From contig OZ286464.1 of assembly GCA_965644265.1 (NCBI GenBank), positions 34,534,001-34,598,000 on the forward strand: 64,000 nt of DNA, read 5' to 3'. The position numbers and the translations under genes were made by a program. The notes below the pieces were generated by a model. The model had not been told where the DNA came from and ran no database searches. It saw only the letters and a list, made by a program, of their open reading frames with translations. Source of the DNA: Glycera tridactyla. Taxonomy: Eukaryota. The number at the start of each line of letters is the position of its first letter. Position 1 is the stretch's first letter. This document shows, piece by piece, positions 1 to 11,316 of the stretch.

Positions 1-1
1 C

Positions 2-490
2 GAGTATTTACGAAACCTGCCTCCATGGAAGGGATCTGGTTCCAAGAATGATCTTGTCATTGGTTCAATTGTATTGGTTGAGGAAACTGGATATCCAAGA
101 CTAAAATGGCCTCTTGGCATTGTTACGAAAGTATTTCCTGGGAAAGATGGTGTAGTCAGGTCAGTTGAGATTTGTACTTCTAAGGGTCCTCTCACCAGAG
201 CCATTCAAAGAATATATCAATTAGAAGTAAACTGCCCCAAATCCAGCTTCTATGATCCTATCTCGAAACCTATCTCTGAGGAAAATACCTCGGAACCTGC
301 GGCTGAAGGATTTCACTCAGAACCAGTTTGGGAAAACATCTCTGACAATCTCACCACTGAACTTACCCATGATGTAAACAAAGCTGTCGTACTTGATCCT
401 GTAGTGAAGATTACCGATCCTCCACCCTTACCCCAGAGGACTACAAGACGTGGACGGAGGGTTAAAACCCCTGTCTGTTTGGATTTATAG
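2..490 (+). CDS. BEL/Pao Pol polyprotein C-terminal fragment (post-integrase DUF5641-like domain), open at the window edge
   Basis: Motifs W.LG.V.KVFPG.DG.VRSV and TR.IQRIY.LE are typical of Pao-family elements. The frame is open from nt 2 to the TAG at 488-490. Confidence 0.88.
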   Translation, partial: EYLRNLPPWKGSGSKNDLVIGSIVLVEETGYPRLKWPLGIVTKVFPGKDGVVRSVEICTSKGPLTRAIQRIYQLEVNCPKSSFYDPISKPISEENTSEPAAEGFHSEPVWENISDNLTTELTHDVNKAVVLDPVVKITDPPPLPQRTTRRGRRVKTPVCLDL

Positions 491-673
491 CTGTCTTGTA
501 GTACTATTAATGACTGATAGTGACAGTGAGCCATTGATCGAATGGATGATTTGAATTCACTATATATCTTTTCGTTGGATTACCATGTTGAAAATTTAGT
601 GAGCACTGAGATGACTATTGTGATACAGAGGAGTATATACCTATTGGAACCTACGGCTCCAAGGTGGGGAGTG

Positions 674-1163
674 TGTTCAAGACTCCTCTGCGTCACTACC
701 TGTTGTACCTGGTGTATGCAAGGAGGAGCGACCACTGAAGCATGACGTTGGACATGAGGCAGTGGTCAATGTACAGTGGATCTGTAGTAAGTAACACTGC
801 AGTTTGAGTTGTTGAGTTTTCCTACATGTGTAGGGTTGAGGCATAGTCATATGATGAGCACAGATCTATGAGCACAGATCTATGAGTTCCAAATTACTAT
901 TTCTTCGTGCCTCTAAGGTTCATATGGATTTCCTGACCAAAAATGGTCGTGCCTCCCAGCGTGTATGTTTTGCACTGCTCCTTCGACACCTTGCCTGGCA
1001 ACTTTGACGAGACTCGTGCGAAGGTAGTGGGGTAGTAGCGTGGTTTCATGTAGGTTAAAGGTCGCTCTACCCGGGGTGACGTAAGTGAAGTTTCATGGTT
1101 TCGCCTACCTTGCTAATGTTGTTAAATTGTTGAAGTGGATGATATCATTTCTGAGAGTGTACA
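674..1163 (+). repeat. Putative 3' LTR (~490 bp, TG...ACA)
   Basis: Starts TGTTCAAG right after the polypurine tract and ends ...GAGTGTACA. Contains an internal 14-bp duplication (atgagcacagatct x2, ~854-881). The 5' LTR lies outside the window, so the end point is inferred. Confidence 0.7.
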
Positions 1164-1168
1164 GCCTC

Positions 1169-1343
1169 TGTTCAAGACTCCTCTGCGCCGCTACCTGTTG
1201 TACCTGGTGTATGCAAGGAGGAGCGACCACTGAAGCATGACGTTGGACATGAGGCAGTGGTCAGTTGTACAGTGGATCTGTAGTAAGTAACACTGCAGTT
1301 TGAGTTGTTGAGTTTTCCTACATGTGTAGGGTTGAGGCATAGT
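1169..1343 (+). repeat. Partial second copy of the LTR 5' part
   Basis: 1169-1343 matches 674-847 with only a few differences (cgtcactacc/cgccgctacc; tcaatgtac/tcagttgtac). Confidence 0.92.
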
Positions 1344-2646
1344 GGGACCTCCTCAACAGCCTCTGTTCAATATGTATGTGGTTCATGGGTGAACGTTATA
1401 TATGTAAGCCAATTATCTGATCATTAGCATATCACATGAAGATGCATCGCAATCAACCTCACCGAGAAATTCCATCATGAATTCTCAGTTATTGTACCCT
1501 TTGTTATCGAATATGAAAAATATATCACGTCCCTTCAAAAGCAGATATTGCATATATCCGTCCAGACAAGACATATTTGAATATGAACGGTCCTCTTAGT
1601 TCTATGTGTGGCACTTCAATAGATAAATAGGACTGGAGGCAAAAAAAGGATACCATTTTGGTAAAGGGGTTGATGTTCAGCCTATGGCACTGAACATAGA
1701 AACAACTAGAATACAAACAAGAATTGGGCAAATTACGGGAGGCATTTCAACTAATATCACGTAATGAAAGTAGTCATTTGATCTTCGCCTCCTGCTTCAC
1801 CAGGGTCATCTATTTGGAGCTTGTAACCATTCCAATAATTTTCTTCGCTGGTTAGTCACAAGTTAGCCTTCAGCATTGAACACTTTTTCCATATCCGAAG
1901 TAGTAATTTGGTATATCATATCAGCTTTGGAAATGAGTTGCAATGAAATTCTCCACATTAGTCTGATCTTTCATTTGGATCATTTTCGGACAAATCACAC
2001 ATTTTTCCGTTGCAGGACTTTCGAGTGACTTCCAAGTTTGACCGATAAACAGAAAGGAAAAACTTACATCACATCATGCACAATCCTGCATCTCGGAGGA
2101 AGATTGAAGAAGGAGAATTAAGGGGAAAACGAGTTCAGGGATGTTCACAAGGCTTCGTAATATTGACCAAAATAAGTCACATAACATCATATATTGGAGT
2201 ACAAATTTCTTGTCTCATGATTTATGTGGATACACAATTGTGCCTGAGATCAATTTCACATATAAAATTCAATCACATTCTCGTTTCCACTTCACTGCTC
2301 ATTACCATTAGGCATTGGATATCCACATATTCTAGACAGTTTGATTATCATGAAAAACATGTCTGAATTTGTGAGGACAAATGGATTTGGATTCCAAATC
2401 CATTGGCTAATCTGCCCTTATTCAGGATTGAGTTTCACAATCGAGACATTCCTCACAACAATATGGTGAACTCATGACACTGAAAAAAAATATTAAATCC
2501 CATGAAATTGTCATGGGTATGCATCACAAAAATATTGTGATGAATACTCGAGACAATTTGATGGCAGTAAGAAGTATCGTTCCGGAAAGCTTAGGAAAAT
2601 CAAACATAGAAATCTATTGCCTGCAATCATAGTTTTCCCACTTTCA

Positions 2647-2971
2647 AATTGTACTTGGTGATATTTCCCAGAACAATATGGGAGTCATGCCATCCATTTT
2701 ACCAATCATGTAATGAATTTGTACCTGGTGATATTTCCCAGAACGATATGGGAGTCATGCTATCCATTTCACCAATCATATCATGAATTTGTACCTGGTG
2801 ATATTCCCAAAACAATATGGGAGTCATGCCATTCATTTCACCAATCATGTGATGAATTTGTACCTGGTGATATTTCCCAGAACAATATGTGAGTCATGCC
2901 ATCCATTTTTAATCATATCATGAATTTGTACCTGGTGATATTTCTCAGAACAATATGGGAGTCATGCCATC
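2647..2971. repeat. Tandem repeat, ~70-bp unit, ~4.6 copies
   Basis: The gtacc/ttggtgatatt core recurs at 2651, 2721, 2791, 2860 and 2928. Confidence 0.95.
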
Positions 2972-4567
2972 TACTATATTTCTAGTTGGACCAATTCAAC
3001 ATGCTGTAGGTGCTCAATACAGTACAGGCAGGTGATCCCCCTCCAATCGATCGTAGTTTGACAGCTGACCTGTGGCATAGGATAGCAGAATATGTGACCG
3101 CCATTTCAGATCTGATTCGATCCAGGTACAAAGTGGAATCAGAAAGACTACACGTGTGGGACCCATCTGCAATATGAGAGCATGTGTGCATGGAAATCCG
3201 AGAGAGTGAATCATATTCCATATGGTGATCTGGTCACAGAATCTCACGAGCCGCTAATCATATAGTTTTTGCAATGAGGAGTTACGCTATTCGAAAAGAG
3301 CCCTGTTGTTGCCCAAAGATGAAGTGAGTCATGATTCAGAGTGCTTCAATTGCTCAATTAATCGGATTCCTGATGAAATTACTCTGACATATCATACTAG
3401 TCTTGAATATTGCAAAGATTATATCGGAGAAGTGAAAAAAAATACTATGATGCCAAGATATTTTTTTTGGTGAAGAACAGGTGCAAATGATATGAGATAA
3501 TATGAGACGACGACGGTTCTCAACTGAGCAGTGCTGATCATAACAGTGAGCAGGACTCTTCCTTCGATGGGTGACCAATATGATGGACAAGGTTCACCAT
3601 TCCATACCGGACCTGCACCATTACACAGATCTGTAAGATCTGCGCCACTCACTGAAGAGGCACTTCTGTGTGGAGGTAACTGAATGGAACCTCCGTACTC
3701 GGCCACTTTTACTTCACCTGGGTGTGAATGGGTACTTGGCATATAGGCAGTGATGGTGATTGTAGAGTACTTAGCCCATGCAGTTAATTCTGTGTCAGTG
3801 GTTATATACCCCCCTGAGAGATGGGAAGGGCTCAAGTTTGAACAGGTCTGCTGAGAAATGTATTGCTAAAGTCAAGTGAACTTGTTAGGGATATCAGACT
3901 AGGGACCACTATATTTACATTTTTTCAAGAGATGCATCAACATTGATTGTGCATGAGGATTATCATAGGCAATGTCAACACATCTCCTCTATCCACCGCT
4001 GTGAATGGTGTCTCAGTATATCTCACAAAGCTTCAATCAGGATGGAGACAAATCAATTTCGAGAATATATGTATTTTGTGATAATAGCTATTCAACTCCC
4101 AACAATCAAATGAGTAAAAAATTCATCAAATTTTGCTCTGAATGAACTGACATTCTATTTTGAAGTTGATGCATGATTTGATGAAGCTAATGTAATTGAT
4201 AACCATTTGGCTGTGTTCTCTTGAAAGGAAATGACTAATCTCCAGCCATTGCACTCACATCACGAGTTCAAATTTATCAGGCATGATGCAGACATTGGAA
4301 CGCCTCCAATGAAAGGATAGACATTCCTCACATCCTAACTCTCCTCCTCTTATTCAGAAATGTTATTGAAAATTCACGTGTTGCAAGAAATTTATACGAC
4401 CGAAATCGGAGCAACAAGAGGAGTGAGTCAGAGTGATTAATCACTTGTCTGTGTTATGTACCCTGACCATTTTCTGAAAATATAAGAAGCCCTTGCAGAA
4501 ACCAGGGTTGAGATCGCTCAACCCTCTTTCTCTCAGGTCCCAGCGAAAGGTGACGATTCATGAAATT

Positions 4568-5392
4568 CGTGATCTGCTTCATTTTCTTATATTGGATTTA
4601 CCTTCGATAGCACCGATTCAAATTTTCCACGCAATGTCTCTTTTCATGTAATGGCATATGATGATGACATGGAAGAATATGGTCTTCATATATGCACCAT
4701 CGATGAATTGTTCGTCAACGTCAGTTTCGACATAATCCAGTGACCGAATCTACGAAATACACTCGAGTACACTACACTATGCTACAGAACACAACACTAT
4801 ACTGCACTACACTACACTACAATTGGCCGTTGCATTTGGCTGTGCCCATCATGTACACGAACCCTGGACACAGGTTGACAAGTGGAAGTAAGTGATAGTT
4901 TGGACACATCTGGACATTCGCGATCTGCTTCATTTTCTTATGTCCGATTTTCCTCGGATAGCATCGATCCACATTGTTCTATGCAGTACCTAATAATGTG
5001 ATGGCACTCAATGGTGACGTGGAAAAATGTTGTCTATATGCAAATATTGTCTATATGCACCATGGACGAAGTGATCTTGAACCTCAGTTTCGACATAATC
5101 TAGTGACCGAATCTATCAAAACACTTGATAACACTACACTACACTACAGTACACTACACTACACTACACTACACTACACTACACTACACTACACTACACT
5201 ACACTACACTACACTACACTACACTACACTATACTGCACTACACTGCACTGCACTATACTACACTACACTGCACTACACTCGACTACACTACACTACATT
5301 TTGCCATCGCATTTGTCTGTGGACATCATGCACACGAACCCTGGACACACGATGGTGTACCCAGTGTCAAGTGGAAGTAAGTGATAGTTCAC
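4568..5392. repeat. Diverged tandem duplication (~350 bp and ~470 bp units), each containing a (CTACA)n tract
   Basis: The block gatctgcttcattttcttat...cgacataatc..tgaccgaatcta...ctacac...gaaccctggacac...caagtggaagtaagtgatagtt occurs at ~4570-4900 and ~4922-5392. Confidence 0.88.
5133..5297. repeat. (CTACA)n pentanucleotide microsatellite
   Basis: Directly visible. It generates the spurious HYTTL-repeat ORFs in the track. Confidence 0.97.
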
Positions 5393-5749
5393 TAGGTGGA
5401 TATGCCTGATACCTCCACCAGAGGTCAGCCGAATCCCTTGGTGCATCTGTGTATTACTAGAGAGCTGTCAACCATAAGATCTACAGCAGGTATGAGCAGG
5501 AATGACTATCCCCTCGAGATAGAGTAAGGGAAGTATAGCTACCCGCGTTGAACAGNNNNNNNNNNNNNNNNNNNNNNNNNNNNNNNNNNNNNNNNNNNNN
5601 NNNNNNNNNNNNNNNNNNNNNNNNNNNNNNNNNNNNNNNNNNNNNNNNNNNNNNNNNNNNNNNNNNNNNNNNNNNNNNNNNNNNNNNNNNNGTCCATCCA
5701 GACCCCACCCACGCCTCACCACAGGAATGACATTTTCTCCCACCCATCC

Positions 5750-7150
5750 ACTGACTCGCATGTCGATGACACAAGCAGTGCATTGATTAGAGAACCTTTT
5801 TCCATGTTGACTGCTCACATTCTCGAGATTCAGCCTAAAACATAGGCTCCTAAGCAATTTCGCTACTCTAGATTTATGCAAGCATTGAAAGACCGAAGAC
5901 AATTCCCCTCATGTGTTGACAAATTATGCGAGAAATATCCTGCATTTATTTTCATGTAGAATCTCCTTGATGAAAATACTGCAAGTGTTTTCTTGATACG
6001 AGTCTTCTGCTGGAAACCTGAATACTGCCCAAATATGGCAATGTTGGCAAAGAGCTGGCACCACCACCTGGCAGCATATCAACAGCTACTGATGAGTATG
6101 TGGGGTGTCATCTGACAGGTCGCGCAGGAGTCAGGTCATCATTTTGCCTCGTCAACATCATACACATGTATAATTGTATATTCATATATAAATATATGAA
6201 TATGAATATAGTTATCTGTTGGTCATTGCTCAAGTGGTAGAGTTGTATATCCGAGAGTTCACAGTATGGCCCCCTTCGAGGAAAGGCACACATAAATCAG
6301 GTTCGGATCGTACCAGTTGAGCCGCAAAGTAGATCAAACCAGATACTCCCGATCCTGTGTTCGATACTCCATCTCTTAGGACTCGTCCACATGATTTGGA
6401 CAATCCATTTCCTCTGATAGTTATCTGGAAAGTCGGACAAATATATCAAGTATCTAGAGCAAAATTGTGATGGATAGCACTGCCGATGATACTCAAGTTG
6501 GTCGTTCATCTCCCTTATTAGTCCAAGATCCATCCTTGAGATTACCGCCAATTATGTTGATCGCTTCTCTTTGACATCAAGCAACTTTACTTGGATAGTG
6601 GCACATTGCTGAGACGGGTTGCCCCCAATACCATAGTCCCAGATGAGACCTCTCCGGCCCTGATAACGATGATGGATGATGGGTCATATACCAAGCAGAT
6701 TCGCAAGGTGTTATTTCCAAATTGCCAGCAGTCCCTTGTTTCATGTAGTGTGCTTCTCTGCAATGAGTTTGAATGGCTCATTCGTTTGGTTCTCGATTAA
6801 TGTTATGTATTGTCCATTCGTTCTGTATTGTGACGCCCATGCAATGATCATAGGTGAAATCATTCAATATTCCTCCATCGGGTCCCAAACAGGAGGTGAA
6901 CATTCAGAGAATAAACTGGACTTGGGTATCTGCCTTCTGTCAGTCATTGTTAGTTTTACCATTCGGCATACACATTTTGGTACTCTTGCGTCTTGACCAT
7001 GAGAAACTCCGATTCGACAATCTGTCTTCTTTCCGCCCCCCCCCCCCCAATTATTTTATGGTCAGGTTTCGTGAAAGTGAAGGCTGTAGGAGACTGACAT
7101 GGATCAGGATGGGATAAGATATATAATCCCTCAGGATGATATATGCCATC
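5750..7150 (+). pseudogene. Decayed copy B of the same unidentified coding sequence
   Basis: Motifs occur in the same order as in other copies: LTAHIL, MWGVI, YIREFTVWP, PVFD, DNPFPLIVIWKV (6399), HLPY (6507), LYL (6585), RVAP, PKQEV, IRMG (~7103). Confidence 0.5.
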
Positions 7151-7530
7151 GAACTTCAATCAATCAATCGAATAATCGAGCAATCGTACAATCAATCAGT
7201 AAGCTACATACGTTTCAGTGCATACATTTCACGTAGTGTATCTTAGAAGTATACTGTGCCATAAGTCGAATATAAAACATAAGGCAAAACTCAAACTTGG
7301 CATTGGCAGAGTCAAATTTGATGTAGTTATTGGCATGGTGCTGCAAGAAGTAATATCAAAGGCCGCTGTGATAGGTGCGATGTATTCGCTACAAGATGAA
7401 ACTTCCAGGAGCTGGCTGACACATATACATATACGGTATATATTTATATAAATGGATAGATGAATGAATAAATAAATGAATAATTCAATGAAGCTCTACA
7501 AAAACCCCTACCCTACTCCCAAGTGACCTC

Positions 7531-8210
7531 TTGGAGCTTGAAGTCCCCAAGACAACTGAAGAACAGGATCCACCCTTCATAATCATCACTATATACATCA
7601 CACAGTCCACCGCTCTTACAGACATCACCGAGAATAATTGGGACCCACTCAAGAGTTCAAGCACAACAAAACATCTTGCAAACAAAACACCAGTCACCGG
7701 CTACAAACGTCCCACCAATATCAAGGACTTCCTAGTAAGAGCAAAACCAGAAAAGACACTCTCAACGAGCACCAACAAATGCAGCAGAGAAGAATGCAGA
7801 TACTGCATAATCCTTGACACCACAGGCCGAACAAAAAGCAAACATACTACATGGGAATACACAACAAAAATGAACGTCTCGTGCAAGTCCAGCAACCTCA
7901 TATATCGTATTGAATGCAGGAAATGTGGCATGCAATACGTGGGCCAGACCAAGAACATGCTCATGAATCACTTTCAAGCCGACTGTAGAACAATAATGAA
8001 GTGAGTTATGACGTAGCTAGACACTACAACTTACCAGAACACCAGGTTACAAAAGAAAGAAAATCCACATCCTGGACTTCATTCATGCACACCCAGATAG
8101 CCAATCTAGCAAGCAATTGAGTGACATTATTGAATTTCACTGAATGCACAGATTACGAAGCATCTCACCCATGGGCATGAACACCATGGACAAACCACCT
8201 ACTTCATCCA
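7531..8210 (+). pseudogene. PLE ORF C-terminus: CCHH-linked GIY-YIG endonuclease, disrupted
   Basis: The NLIY..C..C..QYVGQT motif is diagnostic of the Penelope GIY-YIG endonuclease. Stops and frameshifts occur after 8004. Confidence 0.88.
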
Positions 8211-8769
8211 GAAGAGCAAAAAACTGGGAGAAGTTCGAACAACCATCCTCCAACTAACCACCCCACACTCCCAATATCAACCGACCCGATTCTTACACAT
8301 TGTGAAATATATTTCTGTGTGAATGAGTATACCCTCGGGGATTCCTACAAAAATAAGCATACCCAGTCAGATGTATGACCCTGCCATACATATGTGAGAC
8401 TTGGTTGTGAGATGAGAAACCAATAGCCACGTCTATCTATTTCTTCATTCAACAGGGTGTCTTACTCTTATCTTAACCATTTGGGGCAAAGTGCCAGGCC
8501 CTAACGCCAGCAGTGTCACTCCTCTCTCTTGTTCCAAAGGCGACTTTTGTAACCACCCATTTCCACTATCTTCAGTGTAAGAACTAACTGCATGTCCCAC
8601 ATCGGAACATGAGGTATCCGCACCACAAATAGTGGGCAAGAGCACAAAGCCCATTTCTTGAGGGCAGAGGCCCCTTGAAGGATATCAACACTGGCACACA
8701 GGCCACCTGCTGGCCCCCAGGGGGGTCCGAGGCCTGGGTAGAGGACATTACAACTATCGCCAATAGTTT

Positions 8770-8812
8770 CTGATGAAGAGAAAGTTTCTGCGAAACCGAG
8801 CTCTTATGGTAA
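8770..8812 (+). ncRNA. Degenerate hammerhead ribozyme core in the PLE pLTR
   Basis: CTGATGA (8770), partly paired stem II, GAAAC (8792), then a GTA triplet (~8809-8811). Stems I and II are imperfect. Confidence 0.45.
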
Positions 8813-9979
8813 CCAAAGTACATGTCCCCGAAAAATGGGCATTTCGACCGAGAAAGGGTCATAAGGCCATTCACTTCCGTCAGTAGAGTCTGTGACAAAA
8901 AGCTACTGTGACGTCACATAACCATGACGCTGACGCCGGAACCATTGGAAAGAGACACCACTGTATAAAAGGCGTTGCTTGCGAACGCAACTTCAAACCT
9001 CGGTAGAACGTCACCTAGTTTGGATAATAGCCACGTCGGTCTTCTTCTNNNNNNNNNNNNNNNNNNNNNNNNNNNNNNNNNNNNNNNNNNNNNNNNNNNN
9101 NNNNNNNNNNNNNNNNNNNNNNNNNNNNNNNNNNNNNNNNNNNNNNNNNNNNNNNNNNNNNNNNNNNNNNNNNNNNNNNNNNNNNNNNNNNNNNNNNNNN
9201 NNNNNNNNNNNNNNNNNNNNNNNNNNNNNNNNNNNNNNNNNNNNNNNNNNNNNNNNNNNNNNNNNNNNNNNNNNNNNNNNNNNNNNNNNNNNNNNNNNNN
9301 NNNNNNNNNNNNNNNNNNNNNNNNNNNNNATATAAGTGGTGTTTTCTACTGTTAGGGCAGATTATGTGCGAAAAAAATGGAACTAAGTCCAACTGGAGCG
9401 TACTATAGCGATTTTTGCGGTTTGAAACAATGCGTAGGGAAGCGGATTGTTCGCTAGCAGTAGCGTCATCGTTTATGCCCTGTCATCGCGAAGTTGCATC
9501 ATATTGAATTGAGACTCACTGACAGGAGTTGTCCATATCTCCGACGATTAGAAATGTAATCTCACTGAGGTTCTCGTAATCATTTCACCTCAGAACACCA
9601 TATATGTCACTTTCAAGCTGATTTCACAGTGAGGGCAGCGGCCGCATCTCGACTGTTTCATATACAAATATTTGGCGAAAATGGCGTCAGATTTGCCGAA
9701 AAATGCAATCAAATGATGGTGCATTCTCTTCGAAAGCTTGCAGGGTTCCTGAAGCCAGTTTCGATGATCGCCGAAAGATCTGGACAACCGATCCGTGCCA
9801 TTATATTCAGATTTGGACTAGAATTGACGAAGCTAGCGTCCAAAACGTACCTGATACATTTGGATTCGGCAGAGTCAAGTTGGGTGGGTGGGTGGATGAG
9901 GATCACCGGACGATGACATACAGAGACCGAGAGGCATTAGGGAAAATTGTGTTGATGTAATAACCTCAAGTCTAGCGTA

Positions 9980-11300
9980 AGGTCAATCGATTTCGGGACA
10001 GCCACCATGAATTTCAAGGTCGCCGATTGCAAAACAGTCCGAACAGTTTCCGGACAATAACTCATGAAGTTATAGGGCTAGCCACCTCGATCTTGGTGTG
10101 CTGATAAAAATGAACACGATTCATCATTCGATAGCATAGTTGCACCACAACACACATCTATATTGTCTGCTTTCAAAGCAGACGAATGTTCTGAAGGCAC
10201 AATTACGATTGGACCTTCACCAAGATGAAGGACAAACGGAATTTGTGGAAGGAGATACGTGAATCTGGCGTAACAGTGAGAAGGGAACTCAGATTTCCGA
10301 AATCGATGATCGCACAGAACCGTTAGAAATTCCTTGCACCTTGAACGACTATTTCACAAGAGCCGTAAAAAAGTAAATAGCCACAAATGAAATCCAGGAT
10401 CCATTGGACAGTTTTCTCTCCGAATTGCATGATTCCTTTCCACTAAGAGAGGTAAGATCAAGCAAGGTGACAGATGGGATATCCACCCTGAACGTGAATA
10501 GGTCTGTGAGAGAGGATGGTCGGCCCCCTGCCGTTATCAGAAACTGTCCTGATGCTGTGTAGTGTTAGGATTAGAGTGTTTCCGGACCTATGGAAATAAG
10601 CAGTAAACAGTGATCTCGCTGTACAAGTGAATAACTATAGGCCAATAAGTTTGTTGTGTTGTTCTGGTGAAATATTCTGAAAACTGGTTCATTCTAGGTT
10701 GTATGACTATGTTGAGCACATGAATTCACTGTGTCGGGGGCAGACTGGGTTCAGGAAGGGCCGTCCCAGCAACGTCTGTCTCCTTGAATTTCAAGACAAT
10801 GTTCATCACATAGAAAATGGCAACATCACAGAATAGTTCTGATGTAATACCTGATTCTCAACTAAGATCAAGTGCAGTGCTTGTGTACATCATCTCTTGG
10901 ATGAACTCGAACAAATTATCTCTCAATCTCTGTAAAACGGAGCTCATGATTTTTGGTCCACCAACGAAAACCCTGATGATTCAGAACATATCATCGAGTA
11001 ATACTAATTGGACTTTTCGAATTGTACACAAAATGTATTACCTTGGTGTGGTGCTAGACACAAATCTAACTTTCAAATATCATGTAAGGCTTATTGAATC
11101 AAAGATTATTATTGAAATTGGGAAACTTGGTAGGCTAAGGCCTGTTCTAGATCAGAAAATAGGCATAATATCGTACAAGACCCTAATTCCGCTACTCCTG
11201 ATCATTCGATGTGATTTATAATTGCCTGTCACAGCCTGACATTGCTTTTTCACAAAGATTACAAGGCATGACACTAAGATATTCATCATGCAAGTTGAGA
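9980..11300 (+). mobile_element. Old decayed CR1/L2-group LINE, ORF2 linker/RT part (left half of an element split by a younger insertion)
   Basis: Remnants LWKEIR, LNDYF, NNYRPISLL, QTGFRKG, WMNSNKLSLNLCKTELMIFG and YLGVVLD.NL.FKYHV, with deletions and frameshifts. Confidence 0.82.
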
Positions 11301-11316
11301 TACATTTTTTTGCATT

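Larger units (their letters stand above)
1..1163 (+). mobile_element. 3' end of a BEL/Pao LTR retrotransposon (Pol C-terminus, polypurine tract, 3' LTR)
   Basis: Frame from nt 2 reads EYLRNL..W....NDLVIGSIVLVEETGYPRLKWPLGIVTKVFPGKDGVVRSVEICTSKGPLTRAIQRIYQLE...RRGRRVKTP, the DUF5641-type tail of BEL/Pao Pol. A purine-rich tract (aggtggggag, ~662-671) precedes TGTTCAAG at 674. Confidence 0.9.
2000..5450 (+). pseudogene. Decayed copy A of an unidentified long coding-like sequence
   Basis: Collinear nucleotide similarity to 55930-58900. Conservative substitutions fall in one frame, e.g. SLTADLWHRIAEYVTAISDL vs SLTAELWHSLASYVTAISEL, FNCSINRIPDEITLTYHTSLEYC vs FNCSVNRIPDEIILTYHTSLDYC, FDEANVIDNH vs FDEAHVIDNH. 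Many stops and frameshifts. Confidence 0.6.
7485..9048 (+). mobile_element. 5'-truncated Penelope-like element (GIY-YIG region plus 3' pLTR)
   Basis: ORF 7531-8004 reads ...KRPTNIKDFLVRAK...C.REECRYC...NVSCKSSNLIYRIECRKCGMQYVGQT; a decayed ...MGMNTMD end lies near 8190-8210. About 800 bp of 3' region follows, with a hammerhead core, TGACGTCA (8908) and TATAAAA (8964), then an N tract. Confidence 0.9.

Noticed and set aside
2647-2971. CRISPR-like array interpretation of the tandem repeats (also 30651-31172 and 43643-43755)
   Set aside because: Units repeat in full with no unique spacers, there are no cas genes, and the context is eukaryotic.
3290-3420. KRALLLPKDEV...NRIPDE resembling the Helitron PIF1 helicase RAILAPTN motif
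   Set aside because: The paralogous copies do not preserve the motif, and no other helicase or HUH motifs were seen.
4034-4050. LQSGWR resembling totivirus RdRp motif B (SGWR)
   Set aside because: Phase counting in copies A and G places this segment in the HKASIRM frame. The R is not conserved and no GDD follows.
4974-5409. ORFs with HYTTL repeats
   Set aside because: Translation of the (CTACA)n microsatellite.
9340-9960. CpG-rich tract as a promoter or DNA transposon
   Set aside because: No TIRs, TSD or second copy visible, and one side is hidden by an N tract.
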